DNA of 64,000 bases from a virus (taxonomy: Duplodnaviria > Caudoviricetes): the IMG/VR virus record IMGVR_UViG_3300029705_000009; one strand, 5' to 3'. Positions 1 through 9,305 of the stretch are shown here, piece after piece (positions within the stretch are counted from its first letter, which is position 1; every line of letters begins with the position of its first letter). The translations under genes and the position numbers were made by a program. The notes under the pieces are model-generated. The model was not told where the DNA came from, did not search any database, and was given only the letters and a program-made list of their open reading frames with translations.

Positions 1-783
1 ATAATCGTAAGCTTCTGGATTAAAGAATTTTTCATCAATATCTAAGTAGTTTTGTGCAGTCACTTCCTTATGCTCAACCACATCAAATCCCAATCTCTGT
101 AAATCAGCAAAAGAATCTAATACGTCTAAATTTGTAACACCGTCAATCGAAACAAGTTCAAACACTTTATATTCTAAGTATCTTTCCTTTGCCACATTTG
201 TATCTAAGGTTCTAACAGATCCTGCTGCCAGATTTCGAGGATGCTTATATGGTTCTGCAAGCTTTTCATTGATCTTATTGAAGTTGCTCCAGGAAATCAC
301 GCACTCTCCTCGCACCTCTAAATCAATGGGCATTGAAAGCTGCAGTGGTAAATTCATACAATGCTTAAAAGATTCCGTCACATCTTCACCTACTAAACCA
401 TTCGTTCCTCTAGTAATGGCCTGTTTGTATTTTCCTTTCTCAAACCGACTTACAATCGTAAGCCCATCCAACTTCCAACTCTCTACGGTTGGGTTTTTAG
501 AGACGAATCTTCCCACTTCACTCATATCTTTTGTTTTATTGGCAGAAAGCATTTGCTTTGTGTGTATTACCTTGGGTAAAAAATCTAAAACTTTTCCCTG
601 TACTCTATGCAATGGTGAATTGCTCATGATAATACCGGTTTCCTTTTCCAAAGCTTCCAGCTGATCCATCAAATCATCATATTCTTTATCTGACATAATT
701 GGATTGTCATTTAAATAATAAGCATCACTCGCTTTATTTAATTTGTCTATAAGTCGTTTCATTTCCAAATTCTTTTCCATCAT
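1..783 (-). CDS. ligA: NAD-dependent DNA ligase (N-terminal part; runs off window)
   Basis: Manual translation MMEKNLEMKRLIDKLNKASDAYY..PIMSDKEYDDL..WKLDG..AITRG..GEDVT; KxDG adenylation motif. Confidence 0.93.
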   Translation of the reverse strand, partial: MMEKNLEMKRLIDKLNKASDAYYLNDNPIMSDKEYDDLMDQLEALEKETGIIMSNSPLHRVQGKVLDFLPKVIHTKQMLSANKTKDMSEVGRFVSKNPTVESWKLDGLTIVSRFEKGKYKQAITRGTNGLVGEDVTESFKHCMNLPLQLSMPIDLEVRGECVISWSNFNKINEKLAEPYKHPRNLAAGSVRTLDTNVAKERYLEYKVFELVSIDGVTNLDVLDSFADLQRLGFDVVEHKEVTAQNYLDIDEKFFNPEAYDY

Positions 784-835
784 ATACCTCTTTACTTTTT
801 AATTTACATCTGATATTATGTTTATGATGAACACC

Positions 836-849
836 CGAACAGCTGTTCG
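836..849. promoter_or_regulatory. LexA (SOS) box upstream of ligase
   Basis: CGAACAGCTGTTCG, a perfect Firmicute CGAAC-N4-GTTCG. Confidence 0.75.
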
Positions 850-933
850 CCTCGGTTGTTCACCATTTTACATAATACATCGGCAAACTTGCTTCTTTTA
901 TGTTTTCCGATATTTTCCAATATTTAATTTTAT

Positions 934-1236
934 TTACTTAAAACCTAAAAAATCTATGTCAATTTCGATATTACCATCCTGTAGCACGATAGAATCCGAG
1001 TATTCATCATATGTAATATTATCATTAGTATTTTGAATATTTAATACAAACCTTCCTGCTTGAATACTCACAGAATCATCATAAACCTTACAATAGTCTG
1101 GAATTATGATATTATGCATGTCTCCAAGATTAGTATGTATGCCAACCGTAATTGTCTTATGATTTTCAATACATTCATTCACCTTCTTTCTTAAGATTTG
1201 GAATACCTCAACTACTGTCTCATTAACTAGTCCCAT
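934..1236 (-). CDS. hypothetical protein
   Basis: ORF with GGAGGTG RBS. Confidence 0.7.
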   Translation of the reverse strand: MGLVNETVVEVFQILRKKVNECIENHKTITVGIHTNLGDMHNIIIPDYCKVYDDSVSIQAGRFVLNIQNTNDNITYDEYSDSIVLQDGNIEIDIDFLGFK

Positions 1237-1378
1237 AATAAAGCACCTCCGTTGTTATATTATATGCTAGACCTACAGATACAATTAACGCTTTATATAT
1301 ATATTATATAAATAATATTAAAGCCGGTGTAAAATATTGTCAAGTGTTTATTTGGTATATTATTTTATTCCCCTAAAA

Positions 1379-1392
1379 CAAACTCGTGTTCG
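1379..1392. promoter_or_regulatory. LexA box
   Basis: CGAACACGAGTTTG on minus strand, just downstream of a sigma-A -10. Confidence 0.6.
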
Positions 1393-1399
1393 CCTTTAT

Positions 1400-1428
1400 A
1401 TTATATACCACACATATTAATTTGTAAA
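1400..1428 (-). promoter_or_regulatory. sigma-A promoter
   Basis: TTTACA-17-TATAAT. Confidence 0.65.
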
Positions 1429-1437
1429 TACCAACAG

Positions 1438-1471
1438 AAAAAAAGACTACCCGGATTTAATCCAGATAGTC
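1438..1471 (-). terminator. intrinsic terminator after mrpR-like gene
   Basis: GACTATCTGGATT/AATCCGGGTAGTC hairpin followed by a U tract. Confidence 0.55.
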
Positions 1472-2365
1472 CTTGTGATCTATTATATAGCGTGTTTTAG
1501 AAATTTGACAATTATATTTCTCTTCAACTTCTTTAAAATATGGAGAATGTATATATTCTGAATCTTTCATTCCTAATTCTTTTGCTCTTTTCTTGATCAT
1601 ATGTAACATACCTGAATCAGATATGCTATTGAGCGTGATGTAAGAAGGAAGACCAAGAAAATTAATAATTCTACCGAAAGCTTGATATATATTTCTTCCC
1701 ATTTGATAATCAGACACGTCTGTTTTTACGGTATAATGATGCTTCAACACATATCCTCTATCAACCAAAGGAATACTTCTAATCGGGCCATAATATCTAT
1801 CTTCTTCGATACAGTCATCAATAATATGACGCAATATATTCGATATTTCTATTTCCCTTCCGGTACAAAGACTTAATGTATTTCCATTAACATCAGACGG
1901 CTTCAGCTTTGCTAATTCACAATAATCCTTACCGCCTATACCCTCAAATGTTCCCAACAATACATACTTGTCTTTAGGATTCGCAAGCTGCATCACCCAG
2001 TCCAAAACCATACTTTCAGTTACTATTTTTTGATTGAATACTCCTTTGTTTATAAATCCATTAAAATCTTCGTATTTAATTTCAATATAATGATTTTGAT
2101 TGTCTGCTACTAAATGCTGACTTAAACACCATTGCGTATACATTGATAAATGGCTATTAATAACATCTAATGATTTTATCGTTGGAATATTCAACATTTT
2201 GTAAAATTCTATAATCTCATATACTGTAAAGTCGTGAACATCTTTGTTATATTCAAATTCCATTTCGGAGGTTTTTTCAAACAATCTTTCCAGATATCCG
2301 TTTGGCAGAGTGGTTTCTTGATTTTTTTCATAGATATATCTTGATTTTAACTCTTCATTATACAT
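1457..2365 (-). CDS. MrpR/YopR-like phage repressor (catalytically dead tyrosine-recombinase fold)
   Basis: MYNEELK..KDVHDFT N-terminus; catalytic Arg replaced (EGIGGKD..EL); no HxxR; synteny as SPbeta yopP-Q-R. Confidence 0.8.
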   Translation of the reverse strand: MYNEELKSRYIYEKNQETTLPNGYLERLFEKTSEMEFEYNKDVHDFTVYEIIEFYKMLNIPTIKSLDVINSHLSMYTQWCLSQHLVADNQNHYIEIKYEDFNGFINKGVFNQKIVTESMVLDWVMQLANPKDKYVLLGTFEGIGGKDYCELAKLKPSDVNGNTLSLCTGREIEISNILRHIIDDCIEEDRYYGPIRSIPLVDRGYVLKHHYTVKTDVSDYQMGRNIYQAFGRIINFLGLPSYITLNSISDSGMLHMIKKRAKELGMKDSEYIHSPYFKEVEEKYNCQISKTRYIIDHKDYLD

Positions 2366-3626
2366 ATGCTTCTACCTCCTGTATTATTTTTTCAATACCA
2401 TCCACAACAACCTTTTTAGGTGTTCTTGAACGGAATTTCTTGTTATCCAACTGTTCAACTTTCTCTATTACGGCATCAATAACTTGACACATGTGTCTTT
2501 TATCTTTATCTTTGTAATAATTAAATACACACATGATTGCAGTTAACTTCTTATATGAATATGACTGTGTAATATATTTTGTATCATATTCTGTCAGCAT
2601 ATTAAAATTATCAGTTAATTCTTTTATGGCAGATATTAATACAACCTTTTCTTTTTCTTTTGAGGTATATCCTTTAAAATAGAAATAATCAATCAATCCA
2701 GACAACTCTGCAAAATTAATTATTCCCTGGTTCATACTAATTAAACCTTGTAAATTAAACTGAGAACTTCCATTTAATCTCTTTACGACGGAATTTGATG
2801 CTTTATATGAATCCATCGCATCACTATCAGTCTTAGGCATTCTCGTCTTTTGAGCTTCCTGATAAACGAATTGTCTTGCCTTATCTTCCATGAAATTAAC
2901 AATTCTCAGTTCCATAGTGTAATTAAAATCCGGATTGTTGATATTTATCCTACATGCTGCTACGTATCTGTGATATCCATCTAAAATATCAAATCCTCCT
3001 AAGGATTTAATTACTAACTCTTTTGTTTCGTCATCATAATAAAAGTCTGAGTCTATTTCTTGTGGAATGTTTAATGTAAATGGAGTAGGAATATAAATTC
3101 CATCATTGTACATTTTTGTAATTGATTTGATCGCCGTTTCGTTTATGGTAATTTTATATATCTCTTTACCACCCCTTACAACTTTTTGCATAGTTCTCTG
3201 TGCATTTTCGTTGTAAGTTATTAACTGCGCATCTCTCAATTTCATTAACATTCTAAAATCTATCTTACCAGTCCATTGATCATCTGTTACTTGAATCATT
3301 TCGAATCTTAAAGGAAATTTTATTTTATCCACATTATACTTTGAATTTTTATATCCTCTAATTTCCTGATCAGTAAAATAATCCTCAAATCTTATCCTGG
3401 TATTTGGAATGTTATTTTTAATTGAATCTAATAAACAAAATAAAATAAATTCTGACGCTTCTTGGACGGGTTTTCTTAATGCTAGATAATCAGATGTAAT
3501 GCCTTTGGGGATCTCATATGTTTCTTTTGCATATATACAAATTTGCTTGCACAACTCTGTATTAGCAGTAATTTTAAGAATCTTTTCTTCTAGATATTTC
3601 TCCAAATTTTCATTTGCTGTTAACAT
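2358..3626 (-). CDS. YopQ-like DGQHR/DndB (ParB-superfamily) protein
   Basis: YNENAQR and FDILDGYHRY motifs; lies between recombinase and MrpR-like genes. Confidence 0.75.
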   Translation of the reverse strand: MLTANENLEKYLEEKILKITANTELCKQICIYAKETYEIPKGITSDYLALRKPVQEASEFILFCLLDSIKNNIPNTRIRFEDYFTDQEIRGYKNSKYNVDKIKFPLRFEMIQVTDDQWTGKIDFRMLMKLRDAQLITYNENAQRTMQKVVRGGKEIYKITINETAIKSITKMYNDGIYIPTPFTLNIPQEIDSDFYYDDETKELVIKSLGGFDILDGYHRYVAACRININNPDFNYTMELRIVNFMEDKARQFVYQEAQKTRMPKTDSDAMDSYKASNSVVKRLNGSSQFNLQGLISMNQGIINFAELSGLIDYFYFKGYTSKEKEKVVLISAIKELTDNFNMLTEYDTKYITQSYSYKKLTAIMCVFNYYKDKDKRHMCQVIDAVIEKVEQLDNKKFRSRTPKKVVVDGIEKIIQEVEAYV

Positions 3627-3651
3627 CTTATGTCCCTTCCTTTCTGAAATG

Positions 3652-3680
3652 ATTATAGTCTTTTTTTATTATTTTGTCTA
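3652..3680 (-). promoter_or_regulatory. sigma-A promoter for yopQ-yopR-like genes
   Basis: TAGACA-17-TATAAT. Confidence 0.65.
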
Positions 3681-3722
3681 GTCTTTTTTGTCAAAATGGT
3701 GCTAAAATATTATTTCATTTAC

Positions 3723-4733
3723 TTAATCATATAATGAAGCAATTGTCGTAATAGCATCTCTTTTGTCCTGGTTAAAAATCTTCGTATACCTTTTAGTTGG
3801 TGCTGTCGTTTTATGTCCTAAAACATCTGCAACTAAATAAATATCTTTTTTTGCCTGGTACAAATTTGTGCCACATGTACTTCTTAATTTGTGTGGAGTG
3901 ATATGCTTATTTACAACAGGTTCTGTATGTTTTTTGATGATATACTCAATGGATCTAACAGTCATTCGTTTTTTCTGATTTGAAATAAATAAAGCCCTGC
4001 ATGATTCTCCGTTTAAGATTTTTTCTCTTTGCTCTAACCATAAACTAAGAAACATACAAGTCTTTTCATCAATAAAAACTTTTTTACTAATATTTCCTTT
4101 TTCAATTACTTTTATAGATTTTTCTTTTAAATTGATATCTTCTAAATTTATTTCACTTAACGCAGTAACTCTCAATCCATTAACAACAGGTATTCTAAAC
4201 AATAAATAATCTCTAAATTTCCAATTTTGTTGTTTTGCAACGGCCAAGCTATTTCCAGAACCTTTAATTATCTGATTTTCTACTAACTTTACCTCCTCCG
4301 GTGTTAGAAAGATAACATCTGTCTCTTGGATTTTAGGACGTTCTATCTTCTTATTAGAAAAAGGACTGGATTTTACATAGTCGTTTTTTACTAAAAATGA
4401 GAAAAAAGCACTTAATGAAGAATAAATACATGCTTTAGTTGCATTTGATAATTCTTTTACCTCATCTCCTTTGTTATATATATTTATTTTAGTCATATAA
4501 CGTTCAACATCAAAAGAATCAATTTTGTCAATATCAGAAATATCTAACGAATTTATATCGTTATTAGAGTAGTCCTCTAAAAATCTAATAACGTTAGTAA
4601 CATAACGAAATTTTGTCGTGTGGGATTTCTGACTTAATGAATAGTAAAATTTAATCATGTAATCCGGCATACTTGCTATTTTTTGCTGTATTTTCTTTTC
4701 CGTATCAATTTTATGCTCTAATCTTCCTTGCAT
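3723..4733 (-). CDS. tyrosine recombinase (YopP/Xer-like)
   Basis: Intact R(GLRV), K(EKGN), HxxR(PHKLR), LGH and Y(KRY). Confidence 0.92.
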   Translation of the reverse strand: MQGRLEHKIDTEKKIQQKIASMPDYMIKFYYSLSQKSHTTKFRYVTNVIRFLEDYSNNDINSLDISDIDKIDSFDVERYMTKINIYNKGDEVKELSNATKACIYSSLSAFFSFLVKNDYVKSSPFSNKKIERPKIQETDVIFLTPEEVKLVENQIIKGSGNSLAVAKQQNWKFRDYLLFRIPVVNGLRVTALSEINLEDINLKEKSIKVIEKGNISKKVFIDEKTCMFLSLWLEQREKILNGESCRALFISNQKKRMTVRSIEYIIKKHTEPVVNKHITPHKLRSTCGTNLYQAKKDIYLVADVLGHKTTAPTKRYTKIFNQDKRDAITTIASLYD

Positions 4734-4746
4734 ATCAATATCTCCT

Positions 4747-5145
4747 TTACCATTTTAATGTTAATTCTTCTCTACTAGGCACTGATTTTGCTTTTAATTT
4801 TATTGCAGTATCCCTCCATTTCCATATATATTCTTGGAATACATTTTTTCTTTTGTCTGATATTTCATATTTATATTTTTTCATTTCTGCTATTGCCCAT
4901 TGTGTTGCATAAAACTCTTCTTCACAACGCTTCATACCTGGTTTATTTGTCATAATATGACCAATTTCATGTAATAAATCAAATAAGGAAGTAGGCGTTG
5001 GATTTAAAAAATTATCACAAGATATACATATAATTCTTTCTGGCACATAACAATATGCTCCTTTTTCATTAGTAGGTCTAAAATTAATTGTGTTACAATA
5101 TTTAACTATAAGATCGTTTTGAATTTGTAATACCGATTTCTTCAT
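4747..5145 (-). CDS. HExxH zinc metallopeptidase-like (ImmA/IrrE-like)
   Basis: LLHEIGH..EEEFYATQWA. Confidence 0.6.
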   Translation of the reverse strand: MKKSVLQIQNDLIVKYCNTINFRPTNEKGAYCYVPERIICISCDNFLNPTPTSLFDLLHEIGHIMTNKPGMKRCEEEFYATQWAIAEMKKYKYEISDKRKNVFQEYIWKWRDTAIKLKAKSVPSREELTLKW

Positions 5146-5157
5146 TTTTATCCGTCC

Positions 5158-5604
5158 TTAATTATACTTTTTTATTTCGCTTGCTCTCCATAAAAGAAAG
5201 ACAATCGTTACAACTATCCATCCAAGTACTCTTTCATGAAAAATTGACAATACTAACATAACTAATATATATATATACCACCCATCTATTAATGTAGGGG
5301 CTGTTTTCTTAGAAACCATAGGTTTTTCTTTATATTCATGCATATCATTATGTGAATCTAAAACCTTTGATACAGTTATGTTATATTCTTTAAATAAATA
5401 ATATATAATATAAGTATTTCTAATTATTTCAGCTTTATCTTGACACCAACTCCCTTCTTCATTGTAGAAAAGATCTGCATATTTATCACAAATAGCTTTA
5501 GCCTCCTTTTCACTAATTGTTTTACCTTGTATACTTTTTAAATATGCAACGCATTGTTCTCCAGCTTTACTTTCATGAAATGATTTTTTTGCATAATAAA
5601 ACAT
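5158..5604 (-). CDS. membrane protein
   Basis: Two C-terminal hydrophobic segments. Confidence 0.7.
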   Translation of the reverse strand: MFYYAKKSFHESKAGEQCVAYLKSIQGKTISEKEAKAICDKYADLFYNEEGSWCQDKAEIIRNTYIIYYLFKEYNITVSKVLDSHNDMHEYKEKPMVSKKTAPTLIDGWYIYILVMLVLSIFHERVLGWIVVTIVFLLWRASEIKKYN

Positions 5605-5652
5605 ATTTTTTACACTCCTTTGTTTTTTAGCTACAAGCTGTCATTTATTACA

Positions 5653-6231
5653 TTATCCTACAAAACCAATCTTTTCTAAATCAATATTACCACCTAATCT
5701 TGGCAACGGTTCAAATCCATAGGAATTACAAACTTCTTTTACCTCCTCATCACTCATAATTCTATTAACTTTAATGGCTCCGGCAATAATCCATTCACCG
5801 AACATGTTTGGATTGGTCTTATATTTGTAAAATCCATTCTCCGGAACATAAGTAAGATATGCATTCTTAGGAATTACAATTCCTTTCTTATTAATACCAT
5901 TCATATTTGCTGCTTCCTGGTAATTTATTTCAGTTGAATATTCAACTTCACACCAAACATGATCAGGATTAAGAAATTCAATTTCTCCACTGTTTCCCTT
6001 AACACCGATATGAGTTACATACGGCATATCAGAACTTAAGTGCCACCCAGGCCGATAGCAGAGCGGACCTAATTTTGACTTTACTTTACCATTTTCTGTA
6101 CGTTCTCCACATTTAGCAGCAATCCATTCTCCCATTGGTGTTTCGTTATCTGCATCTACAAATAAAGGGAAGATTTTACCTGGTTCTGATTTTTTAACTC
6201 TAAATAATTTATAAGCTATATTTTTATCCAT
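5653..6231 (-). CDS. conserved phage protein (AYKLF..RPGWH domain)
   Basis: Motif pattern recalled from phage polyvalent-protein-associated domains. Confidence 0.6.
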   Translation of the reverse strand: MDKNIAYKLFRVKKSEPGKIFPLFVDADNETPMGEWIAAKCGERTENGKVKSKLGPLCYRPGWHLSSDMPYVTHIGVKGNSGEIEFLNPDHVWCEVEYSTEINYQEAANMNGINKKGIVIPKNAYLTYVPENGFYKYKTNPNMFGEWIIAGAIKVNRIMSDEEVKEVCNSYGFEPLPRLGGNIDLEKIGFVG

Positions 6232-6290
6232 ATTATACCATATCTCCTTTTTTAAGTCAAATTTGATTGTTGTTGTATTATTTTATTTAC

Positions 6291-7010
6291 TTAATGCGCT
6301 GGAAAAATAACAGATTCTCCTTTGTTTAACTTGAAACATCCTTCTTCGTTATAATGGCAGTGTGCACAATTCCCCTGACAAAAGTAACTTCCGTATTCTG
6401 GAGCCGTTGTGCTACCGTCAATATACAAAACATGACTAACCGGAAGATTATGTCTGTTATCCATTTCGGTATCTTTCCAAGCACTAAAGATGCAATGAAC
6501 ATTTCGTTCAAACTCATTGTTGTCCAGAAACTCATTTACTTCTTCATAACTTTTGGTAAAAAATAAGATGTCACATTTCGGATTTTCCTTTGCCACTTTA
6601 TTAATCAAAGGAAGATCCTCTTTGCAAACATCCCCACCGACGTTCAACCTCAAAGCTTGAACGCAATTGTATTTAATTCCATAACTTACTTCTTCCCAGA
6701 ACCGGTTAATATCTAACCTATGAACTGCAGAGTTTCTTGCTCTATCAACCTGAACTTTAGGCTGAAAACAAACATTAATTACATCATAACATTCTTTTTT
6801 GCATTCCTTACAGTTGTGACCACAATCAGCAATTGGAATTAAACTAACTGTATATACATTCTTTCCAGTCTTAGAATTACCTTGCTGCAATCGTACATGA
6901 ACATTATCAATATCCTTTTCAAATTCATTTCTTAACTCAACCATTCTCTGTACTCTTCCCATAATTACCTCTGTTTTAACATTTTTAATTTTCTTAGGCT
7001 GTGCTCCCAT
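6291..7010 (-). CDS. Gp88-like Cys-rich protein
   Basis: GNSKTG..C..C..CY, RLNVGGD, C-terminal CxGxCxxC. Confidence 0.6.
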   Translation of the reverse strand: MGAQPKKIKNVKTEVIMGRVQRMVELRNEFEKDIDNVHVRLQQGNSKTGKNVYTVSLIPIADCGHNCKECKKECYDVINVCFQPKVQVDRARNSAVHRLDINRFWEEVSYGIKYNCVQALRLNVGGDVCKEDLPLINKVAKENPKCDILFFTKSYEEVNEFLDNNEFERNVHCIFSAWKDTEMDNRHNLPVSHVLYIDGSTTAPEYGSYFCQGNCAHCHYNEEGCFKLNKGESVIFPAH

Positions 7011-7120
7011 TTTTAATTTCTCTCCTTTTCTTTGTAACAAAAAAGACACCAGAAAAATTCTGATGTCTTTAATGTTTAAATTATTTGGTTTCGTTTTAAA
7101 TATGTATAATGTAGTTAATT

Positions 7121-7363
7121 CTATTCAACTACTTCTACTTCATTTGTTTCATTTTCCTCTAAAGGATAAATTCCATATGCACATTCATATGCTCTGCCAA
7201 TTTCAATCCATTTAGGATTGGTTGCATCTGTTCCAAGATTGTCCTGATCAGTAAGATATACCTTTTTAATACTACCGTCTTCGTACTTTATCTTACATCC
7301 ATTTGTAATTTCTTTTCCGTTTTTATCAAAGTATCTGGGTTTTCCATTTTCGTATTTAATCAT
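7121..7363 (-). CDS. hypothetical protein
   Basis: ORF with RBS. Confidence 0.7.
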   Translation of the reverse strand: MIKYENGKPRYFDKNGKEITNGCKIKYEDGSIKKVYLTDQDNLGTDATNPKWIEIGRAYECAYGIYPLEENETNEVEVVE

Positions 7364-7378
7364 AGTTTTATTCCTTTC

Positions 7379-7612
7379 TTATTTATTATTTGCTAACTGA
7401 TATATCGTAATTACTTCATTTACAATGTCAAGCATATCTTGTCTAGACATATAAATCAATTCTCCGTTTACCAAAGTTATCAAATATCTATTTTTAGATT
7501 TTGAGTTTGTTCCAACTTTCGTAACACTTTTTACTTTTTCTTGTCCGAACTTATAACAAGCAAGAGCATGCAAATCTTTTTTAGTTAAATAACGACTAAC
7601 TATTTTTGTCAA
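7379..7612 (-). CDS. hypothetical protein
   Basis: ORF with RBS. Confidence 0.6.
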   Translation of the reverse strand: MTKIVSRYLTKKDLHALACYKFGQEKVKSVTKVGTNSKSKNRYLITLVNGELIYMSRQDMLDIVNEVITIYQLANNK

Positions 7613-7679
7613 GTTATCATCTCCTTGTTGGTTTTATTTATCAATATACAACAAAAGCAACCTCACAGGTTGCTTTATG

Positions 7680-7862
7680 TTATTTTTTCAGTTCTTGTAA
7701 TGCTTTTAAAATTTCATTTGCTTCGCTTTCCGACATTACACCAGCATTAACTGCATCTTCCAGTGCTTCTTTGTGACCACACAAAGGACAGATAGGACTC
7801 TGATCTCTTCGAGATGTTGCTGGTTTTTCAGAAAACTCTTTTCCACATTTAGGACAAATCAT
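7680..7862 (-). CDS. small Zn-finger protein
   Basis: CPKC..CPLC. Confidence 0.65.
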   Translation of the reverse strand: MICPKCGKEFSEKPATSRRDQSPICPLCGHKEALEDAVNAGVMSESEANEILKALQELKK

Positions 7863-7864
7863 AA

Positions 7865-8071
7865 TTATTCACCCTCCTTAACAATTTTTTCTCCACAATT
7901 AGGGCAATAATTTATTGGAATATCATATCCAGAATCATGTCCTCCATTTTCCCAATATAATTCTGATATATTTACTCCAGACGTTCCTTTAATTTCCATA
8001 GCTTCTAAATATCTTTTTGTATTATACTTTTCTAAAGTTTTCCGAATATCATCACAATAATTACATCCCAT
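7865..8071 (-). CDS. small Zn-finger protein
   Basis: CNYC..YCPNCG. Confidence 0.65.
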   Translation of the reverse strand: MGCNYCDDIRKTLEKYNTKRYLEAMEIKGTSGVNISELYWENGGHDSGYDIPINYCPNCGEKIVKEGE

Positions 8072-8076
8072 ATTTA

Positions 8077-8259
8077 TTACCTCTTCTTTCTCTTATAATA
8101 CTCTTCATACCAACGTTCTTTCCGGACATAAGCATTTGGCTTATTAACCTCTTTCTGCTCCTGGAAAGAACACTTTTCATTTTTCTTACATTCTTCCGTT
8201 TCCAAAACAAAAAACGGACAGTTGTTAATATCGTGTGGTAATGTACATTTCTTACTCAT
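8077..8259 (-). CDS. hypothetical protein
   Basis: Operonic ORF. Confidence 0.55.
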   Translation of the reverse strand: MSKKCTLPHDINNCPFFVLETEECKKNEKCSFQEQKEVNKPNAYVRKERWYEEYYKRKKR

Positions 8260-8461
8260 CTACAAGATTAGCCTTTCCAAGCAAGATATATAATCTATTG
8301 ATTGTTACATCTATAGCTTTCATTTCAGCCATTAACGATACTTTTTTATCAAATTCTTTTTCATTATCATAGCCACGAATTTTATCTAATTTCTTTTTTA
8401 ATTTTTCTTTATCGCTTACTAAGATATTTATTTCTTCGTTTACTAAATCAGTCCACTTCAT
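8252..8461 (-). CDS. hypothetical protein
   Basis: ORF with RBS. Confidence 0.6.
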   Translation of the reverse strand: MKWTDLVNEEINILVSDKEKLKKKLDKIRGYDNEKEFDKKVSLMAEMKAIDVTINRLYILLGKANLVDE

Positions 8462-8475
8462 AAATACTTACTCCT

Positions 8476-8667
8476 TTATATCAAACGCAGACAGTCTAAG
8501 AAACTATACGTAATTCCACAAACTTCAATTTTGTTTCCCTCTATATAGTAATCAGACAACCATTCTCTAAAGGAATCATGGCTACCCATATCTGATTTAC
8601 GATCCTCAAGCCATTCAATCAACCGTGATTCATTTGCAAATGTTCTGACTACTCCTAAACTGTTCAT
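8476..8667 (-). CDS. hypothetical protein
   Basis: ORF with RBS. Confidence 0.6.
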   Translation of the reverse strand: MNSLGVVRTFANESRLIEWLEDRKSDMGSHDSFREWLSDYYIEGNKIEVCGITYSFLDCLRLI

Positions 8668-8738
8668 GTTAAGCCACCTCTTTTCTGTTATATTTTATCC
8701 TGAAACTATGATATTTTCAACAATTATGCATAAAATAT

Positions 8739-9092
8739 TTACAATCCAATCAAGTCTTCAGCTACACTCACATCAAAGGTTTCTTCAAACCAATGCCAGA
8801 TTTCTTCTCTATGAGTTCCTGCAGAAAAATCGTTCCAATCTTCTTCGATACATTCAGTTTCCGGATCCATCGGAACATCACCAAATTCAAGCCAAAGATC
8901 TTTCACATGAAGTTCTTTGCAGTTAAGAAAACTATCATCTAATCCTCTAGAAATGATTGTTTTCATATCTTCATCACTTATGTTAAAATTCCTTTCTCTG
9001 CAATATTCCATTGCAGCATCATATTCGTTCTCCATAAACTGCTGATCATCTTTAATTTTATCAATTTCTTTTAAACGTTCTTTAAGTGACAT
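8739..9092 (-). CDS. acidic hypothetical protein
   Basis: ORF with RBS. Confidence 0.7.
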   Translation of the reverse strand: MSLKERLKEIDKIKDDQQFMENEYDAAMEYCRERNFNISDEDMKTIISRGLDDSFLNCKELHVKDLWLEFGDVPMDPETECIEEDWNDFSAGTHREEIWHWFEETFDVSVAEDLIGL

Positions 9093-9110
9093 ATTATTTT
9101 ATCTCCTTAA

Positions 9111-9305
9111 TCAAAATTTTAAATTATATGTTTTTAACATTCTACGAACCATCATTTTGTTAGGTCTTTTAGTAGCAACTACAATATCATTTCCTCTTTT
9201 ATAAATGAAATGGTCTCCATTTTGTCTTACGAATTCAAATCCATTATTAACTAATAGTCTACGGAACTCCTTTTCGTTGTAATTTTTAGTCTTGCCAATT
9301 GCCAT
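9111..9305 (-). CDS. HicA-family toxin-like protein
   Basis: EFRRLLVNNGFEFVRQNGDHFIYKR. Confidence 0.7.
   Translation of the reverse strand: MAIGKTKNYNEKEFRRLLVNNGFEFVRQNGDHFIYKRGNDIVVATKRPNKMMVRRMLKTYNLKF

Noticed and set aside
4747-7010. Arbitrium aimR/aimP genes
   Set aside because: No HTH-TPR receptor or short signal-peptide ORF upstream of the repressor module.
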